In this document: positions 27,691 to 36,670 of the stretch, one piece after another
Position numbering within the stretch: position 1 is the first letter of the stretch
How the letters are laid out: each line of letters opens with the position of its first letter
IMG/VR virus record: IMGVR_UViG_3300010370_000047
Coordinates: 1 to 55,348 of that record
DNA length: 55,348 bases
Reading direction: 5' to 3' (one strand)
Origin: a virus
Lineage: Duplodnaviria > Caudoviricetes
Notes under the pieces: generated by a model
What the model saw: only the letters and a program-made list of their open reading frames with translations
What the model was told of the DNA's origin: nothing
Databases searched by the model: none
Program-made: the position numbers and the translations under genes

Positions 27691-27844
27691 TGATACCTGC
27701 CAGTATTTCGATCACTCGGTAATACTTGGCAACAGCGTCGTTATCCCGTTGCGTTGGCGTAAGGTTTACGATCAGGACTGCCAACGCGTGGATGGCGAAT
27801 AAGATTTCAAGCAGGGTTTTAGCGTTGGCTAATAGGTTGTCCAT
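27668..27844 (-). CDS. Putative holin (58 aa), not in the ORF track
   Basis: GGAGG RBS. MDNLLANAKTLLEILFAIHALAVLIVNLTPTQRDNDAVAKYYRVIEILAGIITRLAKQ* has a TM helix, a TPT.RD turn and an amphipathic helix, and lies near the endolysin. Confidence 0.55.
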   Translation of the reverse strand: MDNLLANAKTLLEILFAIHALAVLIVNLTPTQRDNDAVAKYYRVIEILAGIITRLAKQ

Positions 27845-27890
27845 AAGACCTCCTGGATACTTTTATCTTAAATGGTCTCCGAGTTTGTTC

Positions 27891-28205
27891 CTATTCTCTT
27901 TTGAAGTTGCTTTTTATTTCTAACATCCCGCCTAAGAGTTCTTGAGCTTTCGAGCCGTCAGGCCGGTGCTCTATATATGTACTTTTAGGGGGCTCCAGTT
28001 TATCCCATTCTCTTTTTATTTGTTCTACTTGTTTGTCTACGTCGTTTAAGGTTGTATCTATTTTCCATAGTACCCAGTCGTGTTTACAGTAACGCAGTAC
28101 TAATTTTAGTATTTTATATTTTTTGAGTATAGGGAAGTGGTCAGCAAAGTCTCGTATAACTTCGTAAATAAGTGCAAACCAAAAATTGTACTCAATTTTT
28201 TTCAT
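27891..28205 (-). CDS. Hypothetical protein
   Basis: 104 aa, overlaps the upstream gene end. Confidence 0.55.
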   Translation of the reverse strand: MKKIEYNFWFALIYEVIRDFADHFPILKKYKILKLVLRYCKHDWVLWKIDTTLNDVDKQVEQIKREWDKLEPPKSTYIEHRPDGSKAQELLGGMLEIKSNFKRE

Positions 28206-28461
28206 TGATCTTACTTAGGATCAACTGATCTAATTTATCATTTATGTGGTTAAGCCTATCTTTAATCTCTGTTAAGCCTGAATTTAAATCGGCTTTTGAA
28301 GCGTAGTTAATTGGGAATTCAGCTACAGTTTTTTCTACGTCATCTAATCGTTTTTTTACGGAATTAAAGCGATCATTTAATATCGTTTGTCGCTGTTGGT
28401 GAGACCAAGTAAATAAGCCGAGTACAGTGGCGGCTATGGCTACAAGTGCTTCGGCTCCCAT
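28192..28461 (-). CDS. TM + coiled-coil protein (holin/antiholin-like)
   Basis: N-terminal TM (ALVAIAATVLGLFTW), then Y.SKADL...I.D.L..I.DKLD. TAAAAT box at 28490-28485. Confidence 0.55.
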   Translation of the reverse strand: MGAEALVAIAATVLGLFTWSHQQRQTILNDRFNSVKKRLDDVEKTVAEFPINYASKADLNSGLTEIKDRLNHINDKLDQLILSKINEKN

Positions 28462-28555
28462 TCATCCGATTTCTATCTTTTTGAATTTTAGATCTTCTGT
28501 ATTCTTACCGACCATAAAATATCGTTTAAACTAACAATATTCAGGGGGCTTAAAA

Positions 28556-28993
28556 GTGAGCCAATTTACTAAAAATCTTGAACTCGATAACCTCCTTGCG
28601 AGTGGTGTGTCGACGACGAGTTATCGGTCATGTTCTACCTCTTTTGATCAGCGCCGTACTCTCGACGCAAGCGGCGTGGTAGTTGTTACCTCTTCTCAGC
28701 GTGAATACGCAGCTGACGGTGTATACGGTATCTCCGATTACTACGAGATGACCGTTAATGCTACCGGCGTTCTTCGTGTCAATATTCGTGAAGTTAATTC
28801 TTGCGGAAATATTATTGTTCTGGATGCTTCAGGTACCGAAGTTTTAACTGCTGCTCCTTCTAAGTTCAGCTCCCGCGCTAACTCAGTTACAACCACTAAT
28901 ATTAATTCCTCCGGTGTTTACTATACCTATATTCAACTGAAGGGTCGTAGTGGCGCTCAATATAAAGTCGGTCTGGATGTGACGCCGGCCTAA
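28556..28993 (+). CDS. Beta-rich virion protein
   Basis: DYYEMTVNATG.L...YY......YKV resembles a PPC-like beta sandwich; SG-rich. Confidence 0.5.
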   Translation: MSQFTKNLELDNLLASGVSTTSYRSCSTSFDQRRTLDASGVVVVTSSQREYAADGVYGISDYYEMTVNATGVLRVNIREVNSCGNIIVLDASGTEVLTAAPSKFSSRANSVTTTNINSSGVYYTYIQLKGRSGAQYKVGLDVTPA

Positions 28994-30231
28994 TGCACAT
29001 CTCCCAAAAGGGAGTCGATCTCGTCAAACGTTTCGAAGGTCTAAGCCTGACCTCCTATCAGTGTGAGGCGCGCGTGTGGACTATCGGGTATGGTACGACG
29101 GGTTCTGAAGTCGGCCCCAATCAGACGATTACAGAGCAACAGGCTGAGAGTCTCCTGCGTAGGGACTTATCTTACTTTGAATCCAAAGTTTCGGATTCAT
29201 TAAAAGTATCTGTTAATCAGAATGAGTTTGATGCCCTTGTAAGTTTTACGTTTAACGTTGGTATCTCGGCGTTTAGAGGCTCCACCCTTTTAAAACTCTT
29301 AAATGACCGAGCTGATAGACAGATCGTTGCCTCAGAGTTTTTAAAGTGGGTAAAAGTGGGAGAAAAGATTAGCGAAGGATTAAAGAATCGGCGCGAGCAG
29401 GAGAAATCGCTATTCTTAGCCAAGCCTCTCCACCCTCTTTTGAGTTCGTCCATCGTTGCGAAACAAGACACGTGGTTGAAACGGGAGTCGAAGCAGGCTT
29501 CTGATCTGCCTGCTGAGAAGAAACTTTTTGTTCCCAAAGGTTCCGCTCACGCCTGGGATCTTATATCTATTGTTCCTGGGTGTTCGGATTACAAAATCAA
29601 ACTGTCCGCCCAACCTGATCGTGACTGGTGGTTCTATCCCGATCATTGGAAGATAATAAACGATATCAAAGAGGAAGTACACGAAGACTTCAAACACCCA
29701 ACTAAATTAGTACTTGATGTTCCTTATTACAGTCAGAGGGATAACAAAGTAGATCCAATGCGGACCTGCTTTAGTAGTAGTTGTGCGATGCTACTTAAGT
29801 ACCTGAAACCGGCTAGCATCGCTAACGATGACGAGTACATAAAAGTTGTCTACGCTTATGGTGACACCACGGATGCTTCCGTCCAAGTAAAAGCTTTGAA
29901 GGACTTCGGTGTCCGCGCCGAGTTTCACCAGGATTTTGGCTGGAGCGACATTGATTCCCAGCTAGCCCGTGGCATTCCCGTCCCTATTGGTGTTTTGCAC
30001 AAGGGTTCTGTACAAAATCCCACAGGCGGAGGCCATTGGCTTGTAGTCATAGGTAGAAATGAAGATAATACAAAGTATGTTGTGAACGATCCGTTTGGGG
30101 AGATGGACTTAATAAATGGAGGATATGTTTCCTCTAACGGAAAACATTTGTTGTATTCCAAGAAAAATCTAGGACCTCGATTTATGGTTGAGGGACCTGG
30201 GACCGGTTGGGTTATTAAGGCATTCGTATGA
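28993..30231 (+). CDS. Endolysin: GH24 lysozyme + C39-like peptidase
   Basis: FEG...YQC...WTIGYG and NEFDALVSFTFNVG, GL..RR..E (GH24). VPYYSQRDN, TCFSSSCAM, GHW and NDP give a Cys-His-Asp triad. Confidence 0.9.
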   Translation: MHISQKGVDLVKRFEGLSLTSYQCEARVWTIGYGTTGSEVGPNQTITEQQAESLLRRDLSYFESKVSDSLKVSVNQNEFDALVSFTFNVGISAFRGSTLLKLLNDRADRQIVASEFLKWVKVGEKISEGLKNRREQEKSLFLAKPLHPLLSSSIVAKQDTWLKRESKQASDLPAEKKLFVPKGSAHAWDLISIVPGCSDYKIKLSAQPDRDWWFYPDHWKIINDIKEEVHEDFKHPTKLVLDVPYYSQRDNKVDPMRTCFSSSCAMLLKYLKPASIANDDEYIKVVYAYGDTTDASVQVKALKDFGVRAEFHQDFGWSDIDSQLARGIPVPIGVLHKGSVQNPTGGGHWLVVIGRNEDNTKYVVNDPFGEMDLINGGYVSSNGKHLLYSKKNLGPRFMVEGPGTGWVIKAFV

Positions 30232-30428
30232 ACTCGACCGCGTGGGACAACGTAGCCCGGTGCGCTGACATCCGTGCCCAGGAGAAAACCTTTAATTGGG
30301 ATGAAGATTCCAGTCCTCTAGGGGATTTAACAACCCGCGAGATGGCCCGGATGCTAAGTTATCGATCTGCGCTAATTGAAAATCTTGTCCGAGACTTCCA
30401 AGAGCATTACGAATTTCCAAGGATTTGA
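30228..30428 (+). CDS. Hypothetical protein
   Basis: ATGA coupling to the endolysin. Confidence 0.45.
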   Translation: MNSTAWDNVARCADIRAQEKTFNWDEDSSPLGDLTTREMARMLSYRSALIENLVRDFQEHYEFPRI

Positions 30429-30657
30429 CTGGCAATCTGTTCTTGATACTTGGGATGTTAAAGAAGAGCAAATTAAAGCTGACTTTTTAGAAGTTTTATA
30501 TGACTTGTATAAACCTGAAGACCATACTTATACCGGTCTTTGGCAGCGTTTTGAAAAAGATGCTGCGGTGACTCTCCGTGATTATTGGGCTGAGGGTAAT
30601 GTTAAGACTTTTCGTTTAGATACTGATGAACCTAAAATAGAAACATCTACTAAGTAA
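30376..30657 (+). CDS. Hypothetical protein
   Basis: KADFLEVLYDLY....HTYTGLWQ motif; start uncertain. Confidence 0.55.
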   Translation: MKILSETSKSITNFQGFDWQSVLDTWDVKEEQIKADFLEVLYDLYKPEDHTYTGLWQRFEKDAAVTLRDYWAEGNVKTFRLDTDEPKIETSTK

Positions 30658-30659
30658 TT

Positions 30660-30881
30660 GTGTCTAGAAATTACGATCAAGAATATAAGAATTACCAGGG
30701 TACAGACGCTCAAAAAAAGCGTAGGGCTGCGCGTAACAAAGCTCGCCGTCGTTTGGAACGAGAAGGTCGTGTTCGTAAGGGCGACGGTAAGGATGTGGAT
30801 CACCGCGATGGTAATCCCCTGAATAATTCTGACGCTAATATAAGAGTAATGAGCCGTAGTCAGAACCGGAGCGAACATTAG
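30660..30881 (+). CDS. Small HNH protein
   Basis: RNKARR...GDGKDVDHRDGNPLNN...NIRV.SRSQNRS. Confidence 0.8.
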   Translation: MSRNYDQEYKNYQGTDAQKKRRAARNKARRRLEREGRVRKGDGKDVDHRDGNPLNNSDANIRVMSRSQNRSEH

Positions 30882-31376
30882 ATGGCGATCGTACCTGGAT
30901 CAGATGCCTCAGGAAAGGCCCCTGAAGCCTTCGGCGGCTTGATGCTGCCTCCAGGTTTGAATGGCTATAACGTCGAGCCTCTACTGGGTGTTCGTCGCGT
31001 CATGCAGCTTGATGACGCAAACCGAATTGCGGCCCAGCTGGAAAAAGATCGCGGCGCTTATATAAGGCCCCCTATCGGTCCGGTTGAATACGCCGAATCA
31101 AATATTAAAAAGTCGACGGCGCTTACCGGAGTTGCCGGTTATAACCAACGGAATATCCCTATTCCGGACAGTGCCGATGATATGAGCCAGGCGCAGTACA
31201 TGCAGGCCACGCTCCAGAGCACTCCTGAGCAACGTATGCGTATGAGGCAGGCTCTCGCTGTGGGCAAACAGAACTTCTTAAATAATCATCCAGTTTCTCG
31301 GGAGTATCCTTTAAACACACATAATATGATGAATAATCTTTTAGCCTTAGCTAAGCAAAAAATACAATCAAAGTAA
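30882..31376 (+). CDS. Hypothetical protein
   Basis: 164 aa, abuts the upstream stop. Confidence 0.55.
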   Translation: MAIVPGSDASGKAPEAFGGLMLPPGLNGYNVEPLLGVRRVMQLDDANRIAAQLEKDRGAYIRPPIGPVEYAESNIKKSTALTGVAGYNQRNIPIPDSADDMSQAQYMQATLQSTPEQRMRMRQALAVGKQNFLNNHPVSREYPLNTHNMMNNLLALAKQKIQSK

Positions 31377-31507
31377 TGAGAGATTCTGATTTTCCTGTTC
31401 GTTTAGCCGGTCAGCGGTTAGGTCTTGAAGCCTATAAACTGACTGGTATAACTCCAACGGAGATTACCCGTCGTCTCCGTTATCAAGAAACTTTTCCCCG
31501 TACCTGA
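31376..31507 (+). CDS. Small protein (43 aa), not in the ORF track
   Basis: TAATG coupling; MRDSDFPVRLAGQRLGLEAYKLTGITPTEITRRLRYQETFPRT*. Confidence 0.5.
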   Translation: MRDSDFPVRLAGQRLGLEAYKLTGITPTEITRRLRYQETFPRT

Positions 31508-31509
31508 TC

Positions 31510-31677
31510 ATGCGCTTCGCTGGCCCGATGCTCGACCTGCAGCCTGAGGAGATGCCTTACGTGTCGCAGCGCTACGCCGGCAGCGTGGCCAAGGAAAACC
31601 CTGGTCTTGTCGAACGCATCACTGCTGCTATCGTTCCGGGACAGCAAGCCGCCGAGCATGAGCGTCCCGCTCGATAG
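31510..31677 (+). CDS. Small protein (55 aa), not in the ORF track
   Basis: MRFAGPMLDLQPEEMPYVSQRYAGSVAKENPGLVERITAAIVPGQQAAEHERPAR* fills the gap before thyX. Confidence 0.5.
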   Translation: MRFAGPMLDLQPEEMPYVSQRYAGSVAKENPGLVERITAAIVPGQQAAEHERPAR

Positions 31678-32389
31678 TCTTCATCGCGTAACCCTCGACT
31701 GGATAACTCCGCAGGCTGAGCGGGTTATTGCAAGACATGCTCGGGCCTCCACGATTGATCCGGATCGTTCGGAGTATCTCGGGCTTTTAAAGTACTGCAT
31801 TTCTCACGGACATTACAGTGTCTTTGAGCAAGCTTGTGCCGCCTTCGAGATTATTACTTCCCGAGGTATCTCGGCTCAAATTATTCGCCATCGTTCTTTC
31901 TGTTTCCAGGAGACAAGTCAGCGATACTGCAATCCACTCGATGTACTTGGACATCACGTAGACGATATATCAGAGTTTGAACTGCGTTCGCAAGACCTTA
32001 AGAACAGGCAAAATAGCGAGCCCTATACGGATGACGTTATTGAGTCCAAATACAGGAACCGTATTCGAGATGTATTTTCGGATGTAACCAAGCTGTACGA
32101 CGACATGCTCGCGGACGGCGTGGCCAAAGAAACAGCTCGAAACATCCTCCCTATGTGTTCGCCCACCCGGCTGCACGCGCAAGGCAATATGCGCAGTTGG
32201 CTCTTTTACGTTGGGCTCCGTTCTGTCCCTGGTACGCAACGAGAGCATCGATACATTTCTAACTGCGTTGGCCGAGAGCTACGCGATTTGATGCCAGATC
32301 TGATCGGTGCTGTCGTTCGAGCCGCTATGGACAACCCTGCTTCTGGGCTCGAAGGTTGGAAATTTATTGATACCTTGCAAGCTGGCTAA
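31658..32389 (+). CDS. thyX: Flavin-dependent thymidylate synthase
   Basis: GHYSVFEQ, RHRSFCFQETSQRY (RHRx7S motif), AKETARNILP, TQREHR. ATG 31658 is preferred. Confidence 0.93.
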   Translation: MSVPLDSLHRVTLDWITPQAERVIARHARASTIDPDRSEYLGLLKYCISHGHYSVFEQACAAFEIITSRGISAQIIRHRSFCFQETSQRYCNPLDVLGHHVDDISEFELRSQDLKNRQNSEPYTDDVIESKYRNRIRDVFSDVTKLYDDMLADGVAKETARNILPMCSPTRLHAQGNMRSWLFYVGLRSVPGTQREHRYISNCVGRELRDLMPDLIGAVVRAAMDNPASGLEGWKFIDTLQAG

Positions 32390-32391
32390 AG

Positions 32392-32423
32392 GAAAGCCGG
32401 GGTTCATGGCCCCGGCTCTATTT
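32392..32423. terminator. Hairpin between convergent genes (bidirectional terminator)
   Basis: AGCCGGGG-TTCATGG-CCCCGGCT between thyX and 32442-33032. Confidence 0.7.
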
Positions 32424-32441
32424 CCTTACGCGCATTCCTAA

Positions 32442-33032
32442 TTATAACAGATTATTCCAGGGATCTACTGCGTTCGCCGGAGCTTTTACTTCATTAGGTA
32501 CAGCAGGAGTAGGGACAAACGGCGCCGGACGCATGTTGCTCACAGCGGTTGGTTGCTGCATCGCAGTTAATGCTTTTTTAAGTTCAGTGTTTTGTAGCGC
32601 TAGAGGTTCGACCTGCGCTCGTGCCCATTCCTGAGCGTTAGCCGTCAATTGATCAAGGGCGTTTTGCGGATGTGGGAATGTGTAGATCGTTCCGGCTGGC
32701 GTGTCTACTTTGTTTCCGTTCTGTACGGCTATAAGTTCGTCCAGGAACTGTGCTGTCCGATCAAGAGGAACCTCTGCCTGGAATGAAAGTTCCTGCGGAC
32801 TGATTATTCCTCTGTATTTTTCATATAAATATTTGAACGCTTGAGCGACCTTCACCGCCTCCGCCCTCTTCTCCTGTTTGCTTCTTTGCGTTTCATAGAC
32901 AGATGTCGCCGCGATCATCGCTGCCCCCGTGGCAGCCAGAGCAGTTTTAATTTCACTTGGGTTTACAGCTGCCGCCCCTATCGTTCCGGCGCACCCTGCG
33001 ACCAAAATCGCAGCAAATACCTTTTTACTCAT
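32442..33032 (-). CDS. Membrane-anchored protein with winged-helix-like core
   Basis: Two N-terminal hydrophobic segments, then GIISPQELSFQAEVPLDRTAQFLDEL...G.IYTF. Confidence 0.55.
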   Translation of the reverse strand: MSKKVFAAILVAGCAGTIGAAAVNPSEIKTALAATGAAMIAATSVYETQRSKQEKRAEAVKVAQAFKYLYEKYRGIISPQELSFQAEVPLDRTAQFLDELIAVQNGNKVDTPAGTIYTFPHPQNALDQLTANAQEWARAQVEPLALQNTELKKALTAMQQPTAVSNMRPAPFVPTPAVPNEVKAPANAVDPWNNLL

Positions 33033-35796
33033 CTGATTGATTTTTTGGTTGATCGTGTTCTTCGAAAGCTGTGTCCCAGCTGTTCGGTGAGCTGGCCCAG
33101 TCTATCGGTGATGGCAATCTATTTTTACCAGAGGCAGCTCGATCTGTAGATGGATCGAAAGGCTTTAGTCGTATTCCGGTGACAACAGCTTTTCCGTTGA
33201 TGTACTTAGCCGCGATTCCGGGGATCTTCAATACGTTGTTAGTTGTCTCTTTGAGTCGATCCACAAACCGTGGCTTAGCGCTGTGCTTGTATCCGTTTGA
33301 TTTGCAGTAATTTACGTAGGAAGCGTACACTTCTGTATAGGCGTTCTTTACATAAAGTCCTCGTTCGGATTCGTCGATGGTTGGCCTAAAAGCGCCGCCA
33401 CCTAACTGGGTATTGCTGTTGGGAGCGTAGAGAGCACAATCAGCCAACCATGCGCAGATCGGGTTGTTGAATACCAGAGCATCCAAGTTGGAAGCGTTCA
33501 GGTCTGGGCAGTACTTAACTGGGTTTGCCAGAACGTCCCTCATCAGGTCGTAGGGCATCTCCAGTAGCCACGTGGCAATACCCGGTAGTTCATCCGTGAA
33601 CTCTCCCTCAATCCGATCAGGGAACACACTGATGAGGTTGCGTCGCTTCGATGGGTCGATTACCTGATCCATCACGATTGTGAGTCGCCGCCGCTCTAGA
33701 CCAGAGCTGATATCAGAGCTGCTGATGTGCTCGTTACTAGCAATCGATACAAGCAGCTCTGGCTTGAAGTTGACTACTTCCTTTCCGTATTTTCTCTCGG
33801 CGCGAAGGGTGTCACTTGAAGACGTTAGTTTCTTCAACGTATCCAGTCGCTTACTGAAGGAAGCTTCGTCCGTAAGCAGCAGTAACCGCTTACCGATCAA
33901 GCTGTGACACTCGAACCGGTTGGTTTCTATCGTTTCTAAGTCCGACGTGTGGGTACCCGTGTACCCTGCGAGTGCAATCAAGATCTGCTGCATCGTCGAC
34001 TTACCCGAGCCGCCGGGTCCGATCAAGTGCAGGAAGCGTTCTCCCGTTGTGTACCCGGTAAGGACCGCACGGCAGAAAGCCCGGATAATCGGAGTCTTGT
34101 CTTTGCCTACCGCCCATTCCAGCCAGCTGAGGAAGTTGGGGCACTTTGCATTTCTGCTGTAGTCAAACAGCAGTTTGGTTTGGAAATAAAGGTCTTTCTG
34201 GTTGCCCTCGGTGAACTCCAGAGTCTCTGCATCTAAGACACCATTACGGAATGGAATCTTCCCTCGGTTGGATTGCCAGATCGATGCTCGACCAGCTCTA
34301 ACAGACTTGAGCAGTTTTGCTTTGAGTAGCTGGTAGACAGAGTTAACCGTCGCGGAAGTGTACTTAGAAAGTACCCCAGCTCGCACAAAGGTATCTAATG
34401 TTTTGATTACCCTACGTTTAATATGCTGCTCATCGTTTATAAACCAAACACCTTCGTCCTGATCGTAATGGAAGAACTCGTCAAGACCAGAATCGAATAA
34501 AAAGGTGTCTCCATAATTGTTTACGATAATATCAGCAATATCGTTTTCGCTGAACTGTCTATTGTTATTCTGGATCTGTATTAGTTGTGTCGGGGTATTT
34601 GGTGTCGATTGCGGTTGTGTCATTTGTTTTTGTTTTGATGTTGATGTTGTTTTTTTAGGTGCGGGGGTCGGGGGTTCATCCCGCATGAACTGATCCAAGG
34701 TAAGGACCGAGTTGGCCGGCGTGGGCTTCGTAGCCTTTATCTGTTCCTGTACTTCTGCAGGACAGAATGAATCGAAGATGTCTCGGTTGTAGTACTTAAC
34801 TTTTTTCCAGACCGCTAGTTCACCTGCTTCAGATGCGACCGCAATAGCGGGCTTGAGGTTCGGGGCATCGTAGATGCTGCCTAGGATCCGGTTGAATTTG
34901 CCATCCAGCTCTGGGTCATACTCGTATATACAGTAGAAGACTTGGTTCGAAATGTCAAGAGGTGACTCCGAGAGGGGGATCCCCTTCTCCTGAGTCCAAT
35001 TGCTCCACCCGATCAGTTCCTTCAGGGCCATAGCCATCGCGAAGGATCGATCCTCTACTGAGCCCCCTTCTAGGATGTGCCGAACCTGAGCGCTTAACAG
35101 GGGTTCAAGCTGTAGCCCACCGGCTACAGGGGTCACGCTGAGGCAGACGGTAGGATCTAAATCCTCTTTCTCAGTTTTCGGTAAAGTTAAATATTTTTGA
35201 TACGCTTCCTGGATTTTTTCCTTTGGTATGTATTTATCTGTTACGCGAATGAGATCCTTGGTATTTTTTGCGCCATAAAATAAATTCACCGTCGAAGTGG
35301 CTCTCATGTCCGAGCCGGGAATCTGCCGCGCTATTTCTTGCGTGAGCCATCTGTGGAAACCAGGCTCGATGATCGGCTGCTCTAAGCCGAATACCAATCG
35401 AAATCGGGGCCAGTTATCAGTGCTGCTGGGCGAGTAGTAAGCAAAAGATAGATATTTCTGACAAATTTCTAAATTATCTAGATCTGTTACCTCTAATTCT
35501 TGTTTCTGTATTTTGTCACCATTATCGTCTTTACCGTCTGCTTGATTATCGATATCAATAATAATTAAACCAGCTTTTATTGCGTTTGTTTCTCCCTTAC
35601 TTCGTTTGCCTCCAATTAAATGCCAAGCGCAGAGTCCTGCGCCATTGATTGTTAGATCAGCAATCGCTTCTATATCGTCTTCTTTTTCTTCCCAGTTGCT
35701 ATTAAAAGCCGTGAAGTTTCCTCCTGCTGCAATCTTGCCCGCCTTGGGGTTGATATGTTTTTTAACTTCTTTGTTGCAGGAGAAAAAGAAATTCAT
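33025..35796 (-). CDS. Primase-helicase (AEP-like N-terminus + D5/P4 SF3 helicase)
   Basis: IIIDIDN and PRFRLVF at the N-terminus, IPFRNGVLD, Walker A GPGGSGKST, LLLTDE, IASN and RR. Confidence 0.9.
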   Translation of the reverse strand: MNFFFSCNKEVKKHINPKAGKIAAGGNFTAFNSNWEEKEDDIEAIADLTINGAGLCAWHLIGGKRSKGETNAIKAGLIIIDIDNQADGKDDNGDKIQKQELEVTDLDNLEICQKYLSFAYYSPSSTDNWPRFRLVFGLEQPIIEPGFHRWLTQEIARQIPGSDMRATSTVNLFYGAKNTKDLIRVTDKYIPKEKIQEAYQKYLTLPKTEKEDLDPTVCLSVTPVAGGLQLEPLLSAQVRHILEGGSVEDRSFAMAMALKELIGWSNWTQEKGIPLSESPLDISNQVFYCIYEYDPELDGKFNRILGSIYDAPNLKPAIAVASEAGELAVWKKVKYYNRDIFDSFCPAEVQEQIKATKPTPANSVLTLDQFMRDEPPTPAPKKTTSTSKQKQMTQPQSTPNTPTQLIQIQNNNRQFSENDIADIIVNNYGDTFLFDSGLDEFFHYDQDEGVWFINDEQHIKRRVIKTLDTFVRAGVLSKYTSATVNSVYQLLKAKLLKSVRAGRASIWQSNRGKIPFRNGVLDAETLEFTEGNQKDLYFQTKLLFDYSRNAKCPNFLSWLEWAVGKDKTPIIRAFCRAVLTGYTTGERFLHLIGPGGSGKSTMQQILIALAGYTGTHTSDLETIETNRFECHSLIGKRLLLLTDEASFSKRLDTLKKLTSSSDTLRAERKYGKEVVNFKPELLVSIASNEHISSSDISSGLERRRLTIVMDQVIDPSKRRNLISVFPDRIEGEFTDELPGIATWLLEMPYDLMRDVLANPVKYCPDLNASNLDALVFNNPICAWLADCALYAPNSNTQLGGGAFRPTIDESERGLYVKNAYTEVYASYVNYCKSNGYKHSAKPRFVDRLKETTNNVLKIPGIAAKYINGKAVVTGIRLKPFDPSTDRAASGKNRLPSPIDWASSPNSWDTAFEEHDQPKNQSDE

Positions 35797-35865
35797 GGCT
35801 TGAGCGCGTGGTGCCATTGTGGCACGCCTACCCAGTTCCTGCAGTGGAAGTGGGCCTTAAGTTAC

Positions 35866-36636
35866 CTAGTTTGATTCGTAAAATTTCCTGAGGACCTGCA
35901 TCCACTGCTCTTTATGTTTTTCGACTTGCTCTTTTCCGAAAGTAAAAACTTGTACTGAATACTCTTTTACTGGAGTCGACACAATTATCTGTGTTTTATC
36001 TATTTTTATTCCTAGGCACGTCTCTGCTGCGATCGTGTATGCAGCTAGTTGAAGTTGAGTTTTCTTTAACTTGAAGACTCCACTAATTAGAGCCTTTCTA
36101 GTTTGCTCCGGGATGTCGGCTTTGGCCTTCGGGAAGTTAGCTGAATAAGGTCCGACACTGGTCTTGAAGTCACCTAAGATTATTTCTCCGTTACTGTCCC
36201 GGTAGATGACATCACAGCAGCCGGCGTAACCCCATCCTGTTACGTCGTCGTAATAGTGAATTCTCCCTACACCGTCATCTCCTACATAGTTAGACCACTG
36301 CGGCTGATTAAATGGCTTCTCACTCCATAGCACTTTTCCATTGCTAAATAGTTCATCCAGCTTCTCCGGCATATTATCCCAGTACGGCATATAGTCTGCC
36401 GGAGGGTACACCTGTAGTCCTCTAATATGATTCTCTACCGCGTTGTGAATCCAGCTTCCCCTTTCAGCTGCTTTTTCCATCGCGCCTGGGTTCATGACGT
36501 TCCAGTGCGCTAATTTTTTTCGTGTCTCATCCGTTTGAGTTGCGGATAAGACACTTGTTACAGACGGCAGCGGTCTGGGCACACCGTCACAGATGTAATG
36601 CCGTAAACCGTTGACAGTTAATCGTGTTTGGGACAC
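35866..36636 (-). CDS. PD-(D/E)XK exonuclease
   Basis: LPSVTSVLS, RGSWIH, YAGCCD, GDFKTS, QLAAY. Confidence 0.85.
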   Translation of the reverse strand: MSQTRLTVNGLRHYICDGVPRPLPSVTSVLSATQTDETRKKLAHWNVMNPGAMEKAAERGSWIHNAVENHIRGLQVYPPADYMPYWDNMPEKLDELFSNGKVLWSEKPFNQPQWSNYVGDDGVGRIHYYDDVTGWGYAGCCDVIYRDSNGEIILGDFKTSVGPYSANFPKAKADIPEQTRKALISGVFKLKKTQLQLAAYTIAAETCLGIKIDKTQIIVSTPVKEYSVQVFTFGKEQVEKHKEQWMQVLRKFYESN

Positions 36637-36670
36637 ATTATTGTGTCGAATTAATTACATACTAGCGGAA

